Assembly: GCA_030688545.1 (NCBI GenBank)
Contig: JAUYHT010000002.1
Location: 135,891-199,890 of the forward strand
Source: Candidatus Iainarchaeum sp.
Lineage (GTDB): Archaea; Iainarchaeota; Iainarchaeia; Iainarchaeales; VGJJ01
Direction: 5' to 3'
DNA: 64,000 nucleotides
Shown here: piece by piece, positions 45,967-55,415 of the stretch
Position numbering within the stretch: the first letter of the stretch is position 1
Layout of the letters: the number at the start of each line of letters is the position of its first letter
Program-made: the position numbers and the translations under genes
The notes under the pieces: model-generated
What the model saw: only the letters and a program-made list of their open reading frames with translations
The model's database searches: none
What the model was told of the DNA's origin: nothing

Positions 45967-47073
45967 ATGCAGGACATGACCACACCCTTCTTGGATCCCT
46001 GGGGGGATAATCTCATCGCGGATTATTCCAGGGTGGCCACGCATTTCGGTTTGGAACCATTCGACGCCAAACTATTCCCCCAGCCCAACCGACTCATGCG
46101 CCGGGGCATCGTTTTCGCCGGGCGGGATCTGAAACGCATCGCCGATGCCATCAAGGGAAAAAAACCCTTCTATGTGCTAACGGGCATCATGCCCACGGCG
46201 GAACGCCTGCATTTTGGGAACAAGAGCGTGGTGGAGAATGTGGCCTACTTCCAAAAACAGGGAGGACAAACTTACGTCCTCGTGGCGGATCTGGAGAGCG
46301 CGGCCGCCCGCGGGGTAAAAATAAGCGAGGCAAGGGAACGCGCCTTAGAATTCCACATCCCCGCCTACCTGGCATTGGGATTGGACATCAAAAAAACCCA
46401 TTTTTATTTCCAGAGCGAAAACCGAACCGTTTCTAAATTAGCCTTTGAGGCCGGGCAGCGCATCACCCTCAATGAATTCAAAGGAGTATATGGGAACGCC
46501 GAACCCGGACGCATCATGTCGGCCGTAACCCAGATCGGGGACATGATTTATCCTCAGGAAAGAGAAGGCCACCCCCTCCCCGGTATTATTCCGGTGGGGA
46601 TTGACCAGGAACCCCATATCCGGTTGTGTCGGGATTATTTGCACAAGATAGAATCCCAAAAAAGGTTTACTCCCATCTCCTCCATCTACCACCAATTCCT
46701 CCCCTCTCTCGATGGAAAAATAAAGATGTCCAAGTCCAACCCCAAAGGAAACATATCCATCCCGGAAGATCCTTCCATCGCTGAAAAAGCCATCCGCTCC
46801 GCGGTCACGGGTGGAAGAAAAACCATTCTGGAACACCGCCAACTGGGGGCCGAAATAGAGAAAGATATGGTTTATGAATTATTGAAACACCACCTGGTGG
46901 AGAACGATAACGAGCTGAAGAAAATCCATGATGATTATGCAAGTGGAAAAATGCTATCCGGGGAATTGAAACAGATAGCCGTAGAGAAGATGACTGCGTT
47001 CCTCCAAACATTCGAGGCAAATATAAACAAATGCAGAAAAAAGATGGATCGGGTCAATTTCGTGTCGGAATAA
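45967..47073 (+). CDS. trpS: Tryptophanyl-tRNA synthetase (archaeal class I; a TyrRS paralogue is not fully excluded).
   Basis: It has a HIGH-like motif (PTAERLHFGN) and KMSKS (KMSKSNP). The 368-aa size fits archaeal TrpRS. Confidence 0.65.
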   Translation: MQDMTTPFLDPWGDNLIADYSRVATHFGLEPFDAKLFPQPNRLMRRGIVFAGRDLKRIADAIKGKKPFYVLTGIMPTAERLHFGNKSVVENVAYFQKQGGQTYVLVADLESAAARGVKISEARERALEFHIPAYLALGLDIKKTHFYFQSENRTVSKLAFEAGQRITLNEFKGVYGNAEPGRIMSAVTQIGDMIYPQEREGHPLPGIIPVGIDQEPHIRLCRDYLHKIESQKRFTPISSIYHQFLPSLDGKIKMSKSNPKGNISIPEDPSIAEKAIRSAVTGGRKTILEHRQLGAEIEKDMVYELLKHHLVENDNELKKIHDDYASGKMLSGELKQIAVEKMTAFLQTFEANINKCRKKMDRVNFVSE

Positions 47074-47461
47074 TTTCTTTACCTTCAACAATACGGATGG
47101 GGATGCGAGTGGATTGACTCATATCTTTTACCAGCTGATGGATGGATAATTCCCCTTCCGGGTTATGCACCACTATTTCCCCCACCTGCTTCATCTCTGC
47201 TATTTGAGCTATTTTTTCAATGGTGGGACCCCATTCCAGAATATCGTGGCATAACTTCTTCTTCCCTTTCACCTGCTCTTTGATAGAATCCACGACCACG
47301 CGCCCTTTCATGATGTCACTGGTCTTGAATCCAAACCCCCCGCGGGAGGAAGAGGAATCGAGAACCAATAACACATACACCACACTCCCCTTCGCCACCG
47401 CCTTATCCACGAAATGGGGGGAATGATCCTTCACTGATAGCACGGGCATAAGAATCTTCAT
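47054..47461 (-). CDS. Adenine-nucleotide alpha-hydrolase (USP-like) superfamily protein.
   Basis: MKILMPVLSVKDHSPHFVDKAVAKGSVVYVLLVLD has the β-α pattern of USP/ETFP-like proteins. The start was set at the internal Met. Confidence 0.35.
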   Translation of the reverse strand: MKILMPVLSVKDHSPHFVDKAVAKGSVVYVLLVLDSSSSRGGFGFKTSDIMKGRVVVDSIKEQVKGKKKLCHDILEWGPTIEKIAQIAEMKQVGEIVVHNPEGELSIHQLVKDMSQSTRIPIRIVEGKEIIPTRN

Positions 47462-47462
47462 G

Positions 47463-48251
47463 TCAACCCACCCACTGATATAAATCTTTTTTTGGCTCGA
47501 TGACCAACCCATCCTCTTTGGCGAATTCCATGGCGATCCGCACCAAGACACGTGGACCCTTTACCCCATCCGCCAGGGAGGATAAATCCATTTTTTTATT
47601 GGCCCGCATAACGGCCATCACGTTTCTCAGATGCTTCTCCAGGAGAGAGGACTCGATGATATAATAGAAACCGTCGAACGAACGAATACCTTTGATTTCC
47701 CCTGATTTGATGCGGGATGCCAAATCATAGGAAGCCATTTTGGCCGCGCCCTCGGAACGCAACACTACAAACCCATCGGTGGGAAGGGAATACTCCTCCG
47801 CCTCCCGCTCAGGAATAGGGGGCTGAACCTTAATGGAAGGGGATGCCACTTCTTCTCCTGGCCGGGGTTCGGCATACAGGGCTTTGGAAAATTTCTCAGA
47901 TGACTTGCGGGTTATGATCTTCCCTTCCCGCCGCAACTCATCAAAAGCTACCTTCTCCTCCTCCGTGAGGAATTTTTGGAAACGCCCCTCGATGAGATCG
48001 GGGGCTTTATGCGTGCGCAGGAGCTTCAACACCTTGTGGTGAATGGGCTTCATCTCCCATCCGGGGGGTGGGGGGATGAAGGTTAGGGTGAGTTGGTCTC
48101 CATTACGGGATATTTCCCATTCCCCTTCTCGGGGGAGGGATAGAATGTCGCTCTGGGATTCATCCAGGGCACGCCGCAAAGAGGAGGCTTGGATACGGAG
48201 GGGGGGCATACCCATCACGTACTGGGAATGAGATAAAAGGGTAGCGCTCAA
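47463..48251 (-). CDS. Hypothetical protein (possible winged-helix domains), co-oriented with the KaiC-like ATPase.
   Basis: The 262-aa protein matched no recognised family. It lies in an apparent operon with 48285-49112. Confidence 0.35.
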   Translation of the reverse strand: MSATLLSHSQYVMGMPPLRIQASSLRRALDESQSDILSLPREGEWEISRNGDQLTLTFIPPPPGWEMKPIHHKVLKLLRTHKAPDLIEGRFQKFLTEEEKVAFDELRREGKIITRKSSEKFSKALYAEPRPGEEVASPSIKVQPPIPEREAEEYSLPTDGFVVLRSEGAAKMASYDLASRIKSGEIKGIRSFDGFYYIIESSLLEKHLRNVMAVMRANKKMDLSSLADGVKGPRVLVRIAMEFAKEDGLVIEPKKDLYQWVG

Positions 48252-48284
48252 TTACCCATTCCCCATTCAAAAGAAACCCGCCCT

Positions 48285-49112
48285 CTATTGAGGCACTTTG
48301 ATAGTCAATCCCTGCTTGGTGAAAAGCATCTCCGCGACCCCATTATAGTGGTCGGTTCCCCGCATCTTCAAAATCTCGATCGTGTGCCTCCGTTTGAAGG
48401 ATCCTAAATCATCCTCGCTCCGAGAATACGAGAAGGAAACGATTCCATCCGTCAGGAAACCTATTTCCCCCGCCCGCGCATCCACGACTCCCGTGAGCTG
48501 CTCCGCGATGATGAGGGAGGTGCACCCCCACTTCACGAGCATCTCGAAAAACAGGAGCAGGGCTTCTCTCTGCTTGTAATCATCCCGGAACAACAACCCA
48601 TACGCGGTAATGGAATCGATGACCAGACGTTTCGCCCCAATCTCCGCGATGGTATCACGTACCGTCCCCCCGCCTTCCTCCAAGAGTTTGTTTACTTGGT
48701 GGGCCTTGTAGTAGAGGTGACGCACCATGTTCTGTTTTTCAAGCGCATAAAAGTCCCATCCGAAACTATTGCAATGGCGGTAGATGGATTCCTTGCTCTC
48801 GGCGAAACTCAAATAGACCCCGGGTTCATCCCAGAGAGTGATGCCATTGTAAAGAAACTGCATTGAAAAAGTGGTTTTCCCAGTACCCGCATACCCCGCG
48901 AGCAACGTATTGGTGCGCTCCTCAAAACCCCCTTCGATCAATTCATCAAAGCCAGGTATGCCGGTTGGAACCCGATTGGGACGAGTGCTCTTATCGCCCG
49001 ACTTGGATACGGGAGCCACCTCCCTTACCCCTTGAGGACGGGAAGCGATGAATGCGGGCTCCCTCAATTCGAACGAGGGCGCGGCATCGGGGGGGGCACG
49101 CACATCTACCAT
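48285..49112 (-). CDS. KaiC-like RecA-superfamily ATPase (second paralogue).
   Basis: It has GIPGFDELIEGGFEERTNTLLAGYAGTGKTTFSMQF (Walker A) and a Walker B/KaiC core. It is paralogous to 17283-18011. Confidence 0.8.
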   Translation of the reverse strand: MVDVRAPPDAAPSFELREPAFIASRPQGVREVAPVSKSGDKSTRPNRVPTGIPGFDELIEGGFEERTNTLLAGYAGTGKTTFSMQFLYNGITLWDEPGVYLSFAESKESIYRHCNSFGWDFYALEKQNMVRHLYYKAHQVNKLLEEGGGTVRDTIAEIGAKRLVIDSITAYGLLFRDDYKQREALLLFFEMLVKWGCTSLIIAEQLTGVVDARAGEIGFLTDGIVSFSYSRSEDDLGSFKRRHTIEILKMRGTDHYNGVAEMLFTKQGLTIKVPQ

Positions 49113-49194
49113 CCCGAGGGCACGGAATTCTCCTATTTAAACCGCACGAATTCATCGGCGATGGGGTGGGAACAGCGTTATAATCCTGTTTCCC

Positions 49195-51114
49195 GTGGTT
49201 CCTCCCACCATGCTCTCCTCCACCCTTCCTTTCCGGTTTGACACCCCCCGCGAAGGGCAGGAACAACTCATCCGCGACGCCCACACGGCCTTCCGAGAAA
49301 GGAAAATATTCCTGGCGCACGCCGAAACCGGGTTGGGAAAAACGGATGCCAGCCTTAGCGCCGCGCTGGAAGTCGCCTTAACCAGCGACCCCCGAAAAAC
49401 CATTCTCTTCCTCACGCCTAAAAATTCCCAGCATGCCATTGCCGTGGAGGCCTTACGGGGGATCAAGGAAAAATATTCCCTCGATTTACGCGTCATTGAC
49501 CTCGTGGGAAAGAAACACGTGTGTGTGGAAGAGAGTGTGATGCACAAAGAAGGGAGGGCGTTCTACGAGGCCTGCGCTAAAAAGAAGGAGATGGAGGGTT
49601 GCGGGTTCTTTGCGAATGCCCGAGGGTACAACCCCCTACAGCGGGAGAAAGCAGGGCTGTACCGGAAGGCCTTCCAGGAACAAGTCCAAGGGGTGCACGC
49701 GGCCATGGCTATCAAGGAAGCGGCCGCCACCTTTTCGGTGAATGGAAACGCGTGCGGATTATGCCCGTATGAGATGTCCATGGACCTGGCCAAACGCGCG
49801 GATGTGATCATCGCGGACTATTACCATGTGTTCTCCCCCGGAGTCGCCGAGTTAGTTCTCCCCAAGCTGGGGAAGAAACCTGACAACTGCATCCTCATCG
49901 TGGATGAAGCGCACAACCTTCCCGAGCGGGTGAGGAATTTACTCTCCGCCACCCTCACCACGCGCCAGGTGCAAAAAGCCAAGGAGGAAGCCCTCTTCCT
50001 GGGGAAGGATGATCTCGCGTCCCGGCTGCAAGCCATCGACGACGCGCTTATGGCCCGCGGGAATGGTATTGAGGCCCCTGAAGCATTAGTGAACGACCAA
50101 TTTTTTTCATCTATTTTTCCTGGGGAAGACCTGAATATGTTTTCTCTGGAATGCGAAGCGGGAGGCGCGGATTATTTGGAAAAATCGGGACGCGAAAACG
50201 CCGCCCTCATCCAAGTGGGGGAATTCATGGAACGCTGGGCCGCCCCATCTGAAGGAAACGCGCGCATCCTCAAGCGGCGGGGAAGCACTGATGTGTCGCT
50301 CGCGGTGAAAGCCCTGGATCCCAAACCCCTCACCCAACCGGTGCTCGAGAAGATGCACGCCTGCATGCTCATGTCAGGCACCCTGCACCCACTGGACATG
50401 TATGCGGATCTTTTGGGCATTTCACCACAACGATTAGCCACCGGATTCTACCCCTCCCCCTTTCCCAAGGAAAATCGCCTTTCCCTGATCGCCCCCATCG
50501 GCACCACCAAATACACGGCCCGCTCCGAGGAGGCGTTCGAGCACATGGCCGCGCGCCTTGGAAGCATCGTGAATGCCATCCCGGGGAACACAGTAGTATT
50601 TTTCCCATCATTCAAACTGCTCGAGAACATGGGAAACAAGCTCCGCGATTATACCCCACGCGTATTATTATTCCAGCATGAAAACATGAAGGTGCACCAG
50701 ACGAATGAATTGGTGAAAAAATTCCGCCAGTATGCCCATGGGTTTGGCGGGGTGCTCCTCGCGTGTGCCAATGGAAGTTTAGCCGAAGGAATGGATTTTC
50801 CTGGAAATGAATTATTGGGCGTCGTTATCGTAGGAATCCCCCTCGCGGAGATGAATATGGAGACACGGGCGCTCGTGGACTACTATGAAAAAAAGTTCCA
50901 CCGGGGTTGGCACTATGGTTACATCTTCCCCGCCATGGGAAAAGCGGTGCAGGCCGCCGGAAGGGTCATCCGCTCCCCCACGGACAAAGGGGTTATCGTC
51001 TACCTCGACACGCGCTACCTCCAGGAAAACTACAAAACCTGCCTGCCCCCCACCCAAACCTATGAGGTGACAAAATACCCGGAAGAACGGGTGAAGGGAT
51101 TCTGGAAGGATTAA
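49195..51114 (+). CDS. xpd: XPD/Rad3-family 5'-3' DNA helicase (SF2, FeS-containing).
   Basis: It has Walker A (HAETGLGKTDASL), DEAH (IVDEAHNL), a 4-Cys FeS domain (C...C...C...C between motifs Ia and II), and C-terminal helicase motifs (GRVIRSPTDKGVIVYLD). Confidence 0.9.
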   Translation: MVPPTMLSSTLPFRFDTPREGQEQLIRDAHTAFRERKIFLAHAETGLGKTDASLSAALEVALTSDPRKTILFLTPKNSQHAIAVEALRGIKEKYSLDLRVIDLVGKKHVCVEESVMHKEGRAFYEACAKKKEMEGCGFFANARGYNPLQREKAGLYRKAFQEQVQGVHAAMAIKEAAATFSVNGNACGLCPYEMSMDLAKRADVIIADYYHVFSPGVAELVLPKLGKKPDNCILIVDEAHNLPERVRNLLSATLTTRQVQKAKEEALFLGKDDLASRLQAIDDALMARGNGIEAPEALVNDQFFSSIFPGEDLNMFSLECEAGGADYLEKSGRENAALIQVGEFMERWAAPSEGNARILKRRGSTDVSLAVKALDPKPLTQPVLEKMHACMLMSGTLHPLDMYADLLGISPQRLATGFYPSPFPKENRLSLIAPIGTTKYTARSEEAFEHMAARLGSIVNAIPGNTVVFFPSFKLLENMGNKLRDYTPRVLLFQHENMKVHQTNELVKKFRQYAHGFGGVLLACANGSLAEGMDFPGNELLGVVIVGIPLAEMNMETRALVDYYEKKFHRGWHYGYIFPAMGKAVQAAGRVIRSPTDKGVIVYLDTRYLQENYKTCLPPTQTYEVTKYPEERVKGFWKD

Positions 51115-51138
51115 ATATCTCCTCTCCCTCTCGCGGAT

Positions 51139-51912
51139 ATGCCACGCGCCACTAGGAAACCCTATGCCGGAACGAAAATAGGTTTTGATCGAGGCCCTGG
51201 TCGATCTGTCACTAAACCCAAGGCCCCCACCCTTGTCCCTGCACTCGGCCGCACACGTCTCTGGATCCGCCGCTGGATGCACCCTTTCAAATCCCAACGT
51301 CAAAGGGCGCGTGCCATTTTGGCCACGCAGAAGAATGACCGCCTGAAAGCTAATCCCTATGGAAAAACCGCCATCGCCCGGGCCGAAGGGAAGGTAACTC
51401 GTATCAAAGAAAAGAGAGATACGCGAGCGAGTCAATGGTCCATCGCCCACGCACGGAAAAAAACATCCATCTTACTCAAACCCTTCTGGGTCGCGCGGGT
51501 GGCCTTTCTGACCCGCCGCCACCGGCGCTTAAGCAAGCTGGCGGAGGCCATGACGGGGTATGCTCGTAATGTGAAGAAACGCTATGATTTGAAAACCAAA
51601 ATAGCCATGCGCCGGAATACGACGCGCCGGGATAAGGCATTCCACTATTTGGAAACGTTCAAAGAGAAGATCCGATTGGACCTGCTCGGAAAAACAAGAA
51701 CAGTGATAGCCAACATGGGAACCACTACCAAACAGAAAAAACGAATAACCCAAAATACTCGCGCCGGCACCCAATTGCTCCTGACCTTCAATCAAACGGC
51801 CTCCTTGATCGAATACGAGACCATCCTCCTTGCCATGGAACACGCCATTCAAAAAGACGATTTGACGCTCGCTGAAGGACTTTCTACCCTGCTCCTGGAT
51901 ATCCAGGATTGA
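51139..51912 (+). CDS. Highly basic hypothetical protein. The coding status is uncertain.
   Basis: The 257-aa ORF is Arg/Lys/Thr-rich with no recognisable family. It fills the gap between xpd and the surface-protein cluster. Confidence 0.3.
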   Translation: MPRATRKPYAGTKIGFDRGPGRSVTKPKAPTLVPALGRTRLWIRRWMHPFKSQRQRARAILATQKNDRLKANPYGKTAIARAEGKVTRIKEKRDTRASQWSIAHARKKTSILLKPFWVARVAFLTRRHRRLSKLAEAMTGYARNVKKRYDLKTKIAMRRNTTRRDKAFHYLETFKEKIRLDLLGKTRTVIANMGTTTKQKKRITQNTRAGTQLLLTFNQTASLIEYETILLAMEHAIQKDDLTLAEGLSTLLLDIQD

Positions 51913-51940
51913 TCCAGGCCCAAAGTATATAAACCCAAAA

Positions 51941-53596
51941 ATGCCTCCTGGGAGGATGCAACCCACCCATTGGGTCATCATCGGAATATTTCTCCTCGCG
52001 GGAGCGCTGGTGGCTATTCTCCCGGGAACAGAAGCTCAGGTCCAAACCACTTCCTCCTATTTCGCCCCTATCCCGCCGGAGGTGGAGGGAAAATTCCTTG
52101 TCACCCGCCCGGGAACGCCAATTTATGATGTCCTATTGGCTATGACCCAACCCACCTACAAGGGAGCGGGATTCTTAGGCTACACCTCTTCCGGAAAACT
52201 GTTTGCGGTTGTGCATAATGGCGAAAAGTTGATTGGCTTGGACGTGTTAACCCCCATTATTCGGCCCACTGCCTATGTTTACGAATATGCTCCCGAATCC
52301 AATACGTTCTGGGAACTCGATTGTTCACTTGGAGGAACACATGGACGAATCATACTCGTCACGGAACAAACGAAGCATGCATTTACAGGCCCAGCCACCA
52401 TCACCCCCGGCATGACATTAGACACCCTCATCCAACAGAAATGCACCGATTCGGCTGGCGCCCTGGACCGGGAAGCCGAATATTCTTTCAATGAGGACCT
52501 GTATTATATCGGTGAACAATATTTCAAGGATGCCCTACCCATCGGGAATCGTATTTTCTCAGATCTTATCGCGCAAGGAAAACTTTCCACTACTCATCTC
52601 ACGTCCGAATCCCTGATCGTAACCAATGCGATCATCACGGATGTCATCAAAGATGTCCCCAAAACCCTCAATTGCCCGACCCCGAAGATAATGGCGGGTG
52701 GTCAGGGCGGAATTTGGACCATTACGGCTACTTCCAATGCAGAACATACGCCAGCCAATGCTTTTTGTATTCAAGCCGATGGAAATCCCGCGTATTTGTT
52801 GGAAGTGTGGCGGTATGCCCCTTTTGAAACCAACCAGCCGCAAGTTGATTATTTCAAAGTGGGTATGCGATTGTACACCCGCACCGGAGGCCAATGGAGC
52901 AATATTTGGAGTGATGCTATTTTCACAGAACGTTATTCAATTATCGGGGGAAACCCTGTACTCGCATCCCTAGACCCCAATGTCATTCAAACGGTGCCGG
53001 TAAACCAGCCAGTCCTGGTCCAGCCTGGAAATCGTTTCGTCCGATTCGTAAATCAAGAGAGGGGGGACGTGAATATTTCATATTCCATTAATCCGACGAC
53101 CGGTATTTCCATTACAAAAATAGACGCATCCGAACGATTGTCGCAAACTACGTCCAATACGGTTTTCCGTTTCAAATTCGAATCTCAAAGTGAAGCCCTA
53201 ATCAGGGAAATATTGGACCTTCCGACCTATGATATCTATGGGGACCCGGAAAATAAGATGGCGGTGTACCTCCAAAAAACCAGCACCACCCGCGAATCCG
53301 AAAAAGACAAGATGATTTCTGCGACGGTTGATGGCGTTCCTCATTTCGTGACCAATAAAGACATTACTATAGGAAAATACACGCTCATCATTCAAGTAAC
53401 CGGAGCGAAAGAAACCAAGATCACTGAAATAGGGATTGGGGAAAATGATTTATCCCCATTGACAGGGGCCCTAACCAGCGATATCCATATCCTCTCCCTG
53501 CTTGAGCCACTGACCCCAGACCCTTGTGGGAAGTGTGACAGTCTATTAGCCTGCTTTGCGTGCGTGAATGCCAAAGTGGTGGAAGAATACGAGTGA
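51941..53596 (+). CDS. Secreted/surface hypothetical protein (N-terminal anchor, Cys-rich C-terminal tail).
   Basis: It has an N-terminal TM/signal (WVIIGIFLLAGALVAIL), a β-rich ectodomain of about 500 aa, and ends PDPCGKCDSLLACFACVN. Confidence 0.5.
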   Translation: MPPGRMQPTHWVIIGIFLLAGALVAILPGTEAQVQTTSSYFAPIPPEVEGKFLVTRPGTPIYDVLLAMTQPTYKGAGFLGYTSSGKLFAVVHNGEKLIGLDVLTPIIRPTAYVYEYAPESNTFWELDCSLGGTHGRIILVTEQTKHAFTGPATITPGMTLDTLIQQKCTDSAGALDREAEYSFNEDLYYIGEQYFKDALPIGNRIFSDLIAQGKLSTTHLTSESLIVTNAIITDVIKDVPKTLNCPTPKIMAGGQGGIWTITATSNAEHTPANAFCIQADGNPAYLLEVWRYAPFETNQPQVDYFKVGMRLYTRTGGQWSNIWSDAIFTERYSIIGGNPVLASLDPNVIQTVPVNQPVLVQPGNRFVRFVNQERGDVNISYSINPTTGISITKIDASERLSQTTSNTVFRFKFESQSEALIREILDLPTYDIYGDPENKMAVYLQKTSTTRESEKDKMISATVDGVPHFVTNKDITIGKYTLIIQVTGAKETKITEIGIGENDLSPLTGALTSDIHILSLLEPLTPDPCGKCDSLLACFACVNAKVVEEYE

Positions 53597-53689
53597 CCCT
53601 AAAATATCCTGAATAGGCGAGGGCCCTAAAAAAAAATTATTTGGATACCCTAACACGATTTTTTTCAAATTTTATTTGTGGACGTAAAT

Positions 53690-55384
53690 TTACCGCTTTC
53701 TCTTCTTCCGAACAATCTTTGGCCCTTTTTCTTCCTCTTCTGTGGGCAGTAGGGTTGTGCTGTCGTCGGCTTCCTTTTTTTCTTCAATCTCTTTCATGTC
53801 CGGTCCGCCTTCTTCCAGGGGACGGATGTGGTGCTGCTGGATGGTTTTGTCCACTTTCTCGTCGCGCACCCGGATACCAGAAGAAGGGGATCGGTATAGC
53901 TTTGCCCTAACAAAATCCCGCACGCGAGAGGAGAAGATGAGCACGAGGAGGATAAGCAGCAATATACCCAAGAATATGGGACCCGGGGTCAAAACGAAAA
54001 GTCCTGAAAAGGGATCCCGCTCTTCCCCTTGGAATTCAATGGGAACCCGGTCCACTTCCACGCCATCGTTAAACACCTGAAGGTCGAACGACCCGGATTC
54101 CCCTTCGGGGCGGATGACGTCAATGGTGACATTCACTCCGGATTGGAAGGGAATAGAGGTCCGGGTTGGAGATATGCGAACGTCCCATCCTTGCGGAATA
54201 GAGGTGGGAATAATGAACACATTCCCCCAGGGTGAATCCGTGGCATTGGATATGAGTATCGTTTGGGTCACGCGTTCTGTTTCTCCCGGAATGATTTTGG
54301 TTGGAATAGTTTGCACCGTGAAATGCACTTGCGCATCGAAATCCGGGGACACGATGAATAAGGATTCACTTCTCAGGCCTGGGGAATCGGATCCAAAAAT
54401 AGTGATAGGAATGCTCAAACTGGATTTGGGAGGAACCCGGATGGAGGGAGACGAGACTTTAATGCGGGGAGAGGAAGTGGTAATCAGCACATCCAATTCA
54501 TTCCATTCGGTGTTCTCAATGGTGATATAGGATGCCACGGTTCCCTGTTCTTCCACTTCATACAGGAGAGTGGGTAAGGCCACCAAGGCATGGGACACTT
54601 TATCCACGCGCACCAAAACAGTGCCCAGGAAAGTCGTATCTTGCGTTACCAGGTTCCGCGCGCGAAGGGAAAGGGAGTAGGTGTCGAAAGGGGTTCGGGT
54701 ATCCGTGGAAACCTCAATCACGGACTGCACCCTTTCCCCGGGTTGCACGAAGCGATGCACTCCCCCCTGAATGCGGGCTTTAAAATGGACAGGTTGCTCG
54801 GTGAATTCAATACGATAATCCGTGGCCGACCCCTGGTTCACGAATGAAACACTAAACAGCTCGGTATCGTTCCGATTTAACTCGATGTCCTGTTCCGAAA
54901 ACACGATTTGGGTGATGAAAGGGGCTAATGTGGAGTCAGGGGTGGTGCGGAATTCAGTAAAACCGGAAGGCATTACCTTAACCGCATACGTTTGGGGAAA
55001 CGCATACCGTGCGCCCCCGATAAACGCCTCCACGAATAAGGTAATGGTGTGGTCCCCCGGAGGGGCGTTGGGGGCTGCTTTGATAGTCAGATGCCGGGTG
55101 AATGAAAAAGGACTCGTGATGGGGTGCAACTGACCATCCAATTGGAGAAAGGGGTGGGCTTGCGGGGTGAAAGAAAGAGTTACGGCTTCATCCCCCTGAA
55201 TAACTATGCTCACGTCAATGGGTAACGAGGTGCCGGGCTTCAACTGGAAAGCATGGGAAGACGAGGACACATCCACGAATGCAGTGGCCTGGACTTGGGG
55301 GGCCATCATGAGGAGGAGGATTCCCACTCCCACTAATGCCACGCGGAGGGGGTGATATTTTATCCATTTGAAAAAAGATTTCAT
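53690..55384 (-). CDS. Cell-surface protein with repeated β-sandwich-like segments and a C-terminal TM anchor plus an acidic/basic tail.
   Basis: It has a signal peptide (MKSFFKWIKYHPLRVALVGVGILLLMMAPQVQA) and a C-terminus TPGPIFLGILLLILLVLIFSSRVRD...KKRKR, reminiscent of a PGF-CTERM-like anchor. The start was set at the internal Met. Confidence 0.55.
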   Translation of the reverse strand: MKSFFKWIKYHPLRVALVGVGILLLMMAPQVQATAFVDVSSSSHAFQLKPGTSLPIDVSIVIQGDEAVTLSFTPQAHPFLQLDGQLHPITSPFSFTRHLTIKAAPNAPPGDHTITLFVEAFIGGARYAFPQTYAVKVMPSGFTEFRTTPDSTLAPFITQIVFSEQDIELNRNDTELFSVSFVNQGSATDYRIEFTEQPVHFKARIQGGVHRFVQPGERVQSVIEVSTDTRTPFDTYSLSLRARNLVTQDTTFLGTVLVRVDKVSHALVALPTLLYEVEEQGTVASYITIENTEWNELDVLITTSSPRIKVSSPSIRVPPKSSLSIPITIFGSDSPGLRSESLFIVSPDFDAQVHFTVQTIPTKIIPGETERVTQTILISNATDSPWGNVFIIPTSIPQGWDVRISPTRTSIPFQSGVNVTIDVIRPEGESGSFDLQVFNDGVEVDRVPIEFQGEERDPFSGLFVLTPGPIFLGILLLILLVLIFSSRVRDFVRAKLYRSPSSGIRVRDEKVDKTIQQHHIRPLEEGGPDMKEIEEKKEADDSTTLLPTEEEEKGPKIVRKKRKR

Positions 55385-55415
55385 TCTTTCTCCAACCCAG
55401 AAGGAAGAAACTATT

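Noticed and set aside
50812-51450. 212-aa minus-strand ORF.
   Set aside because: It lies antisense across the 3' end of the XPD helicase gene.
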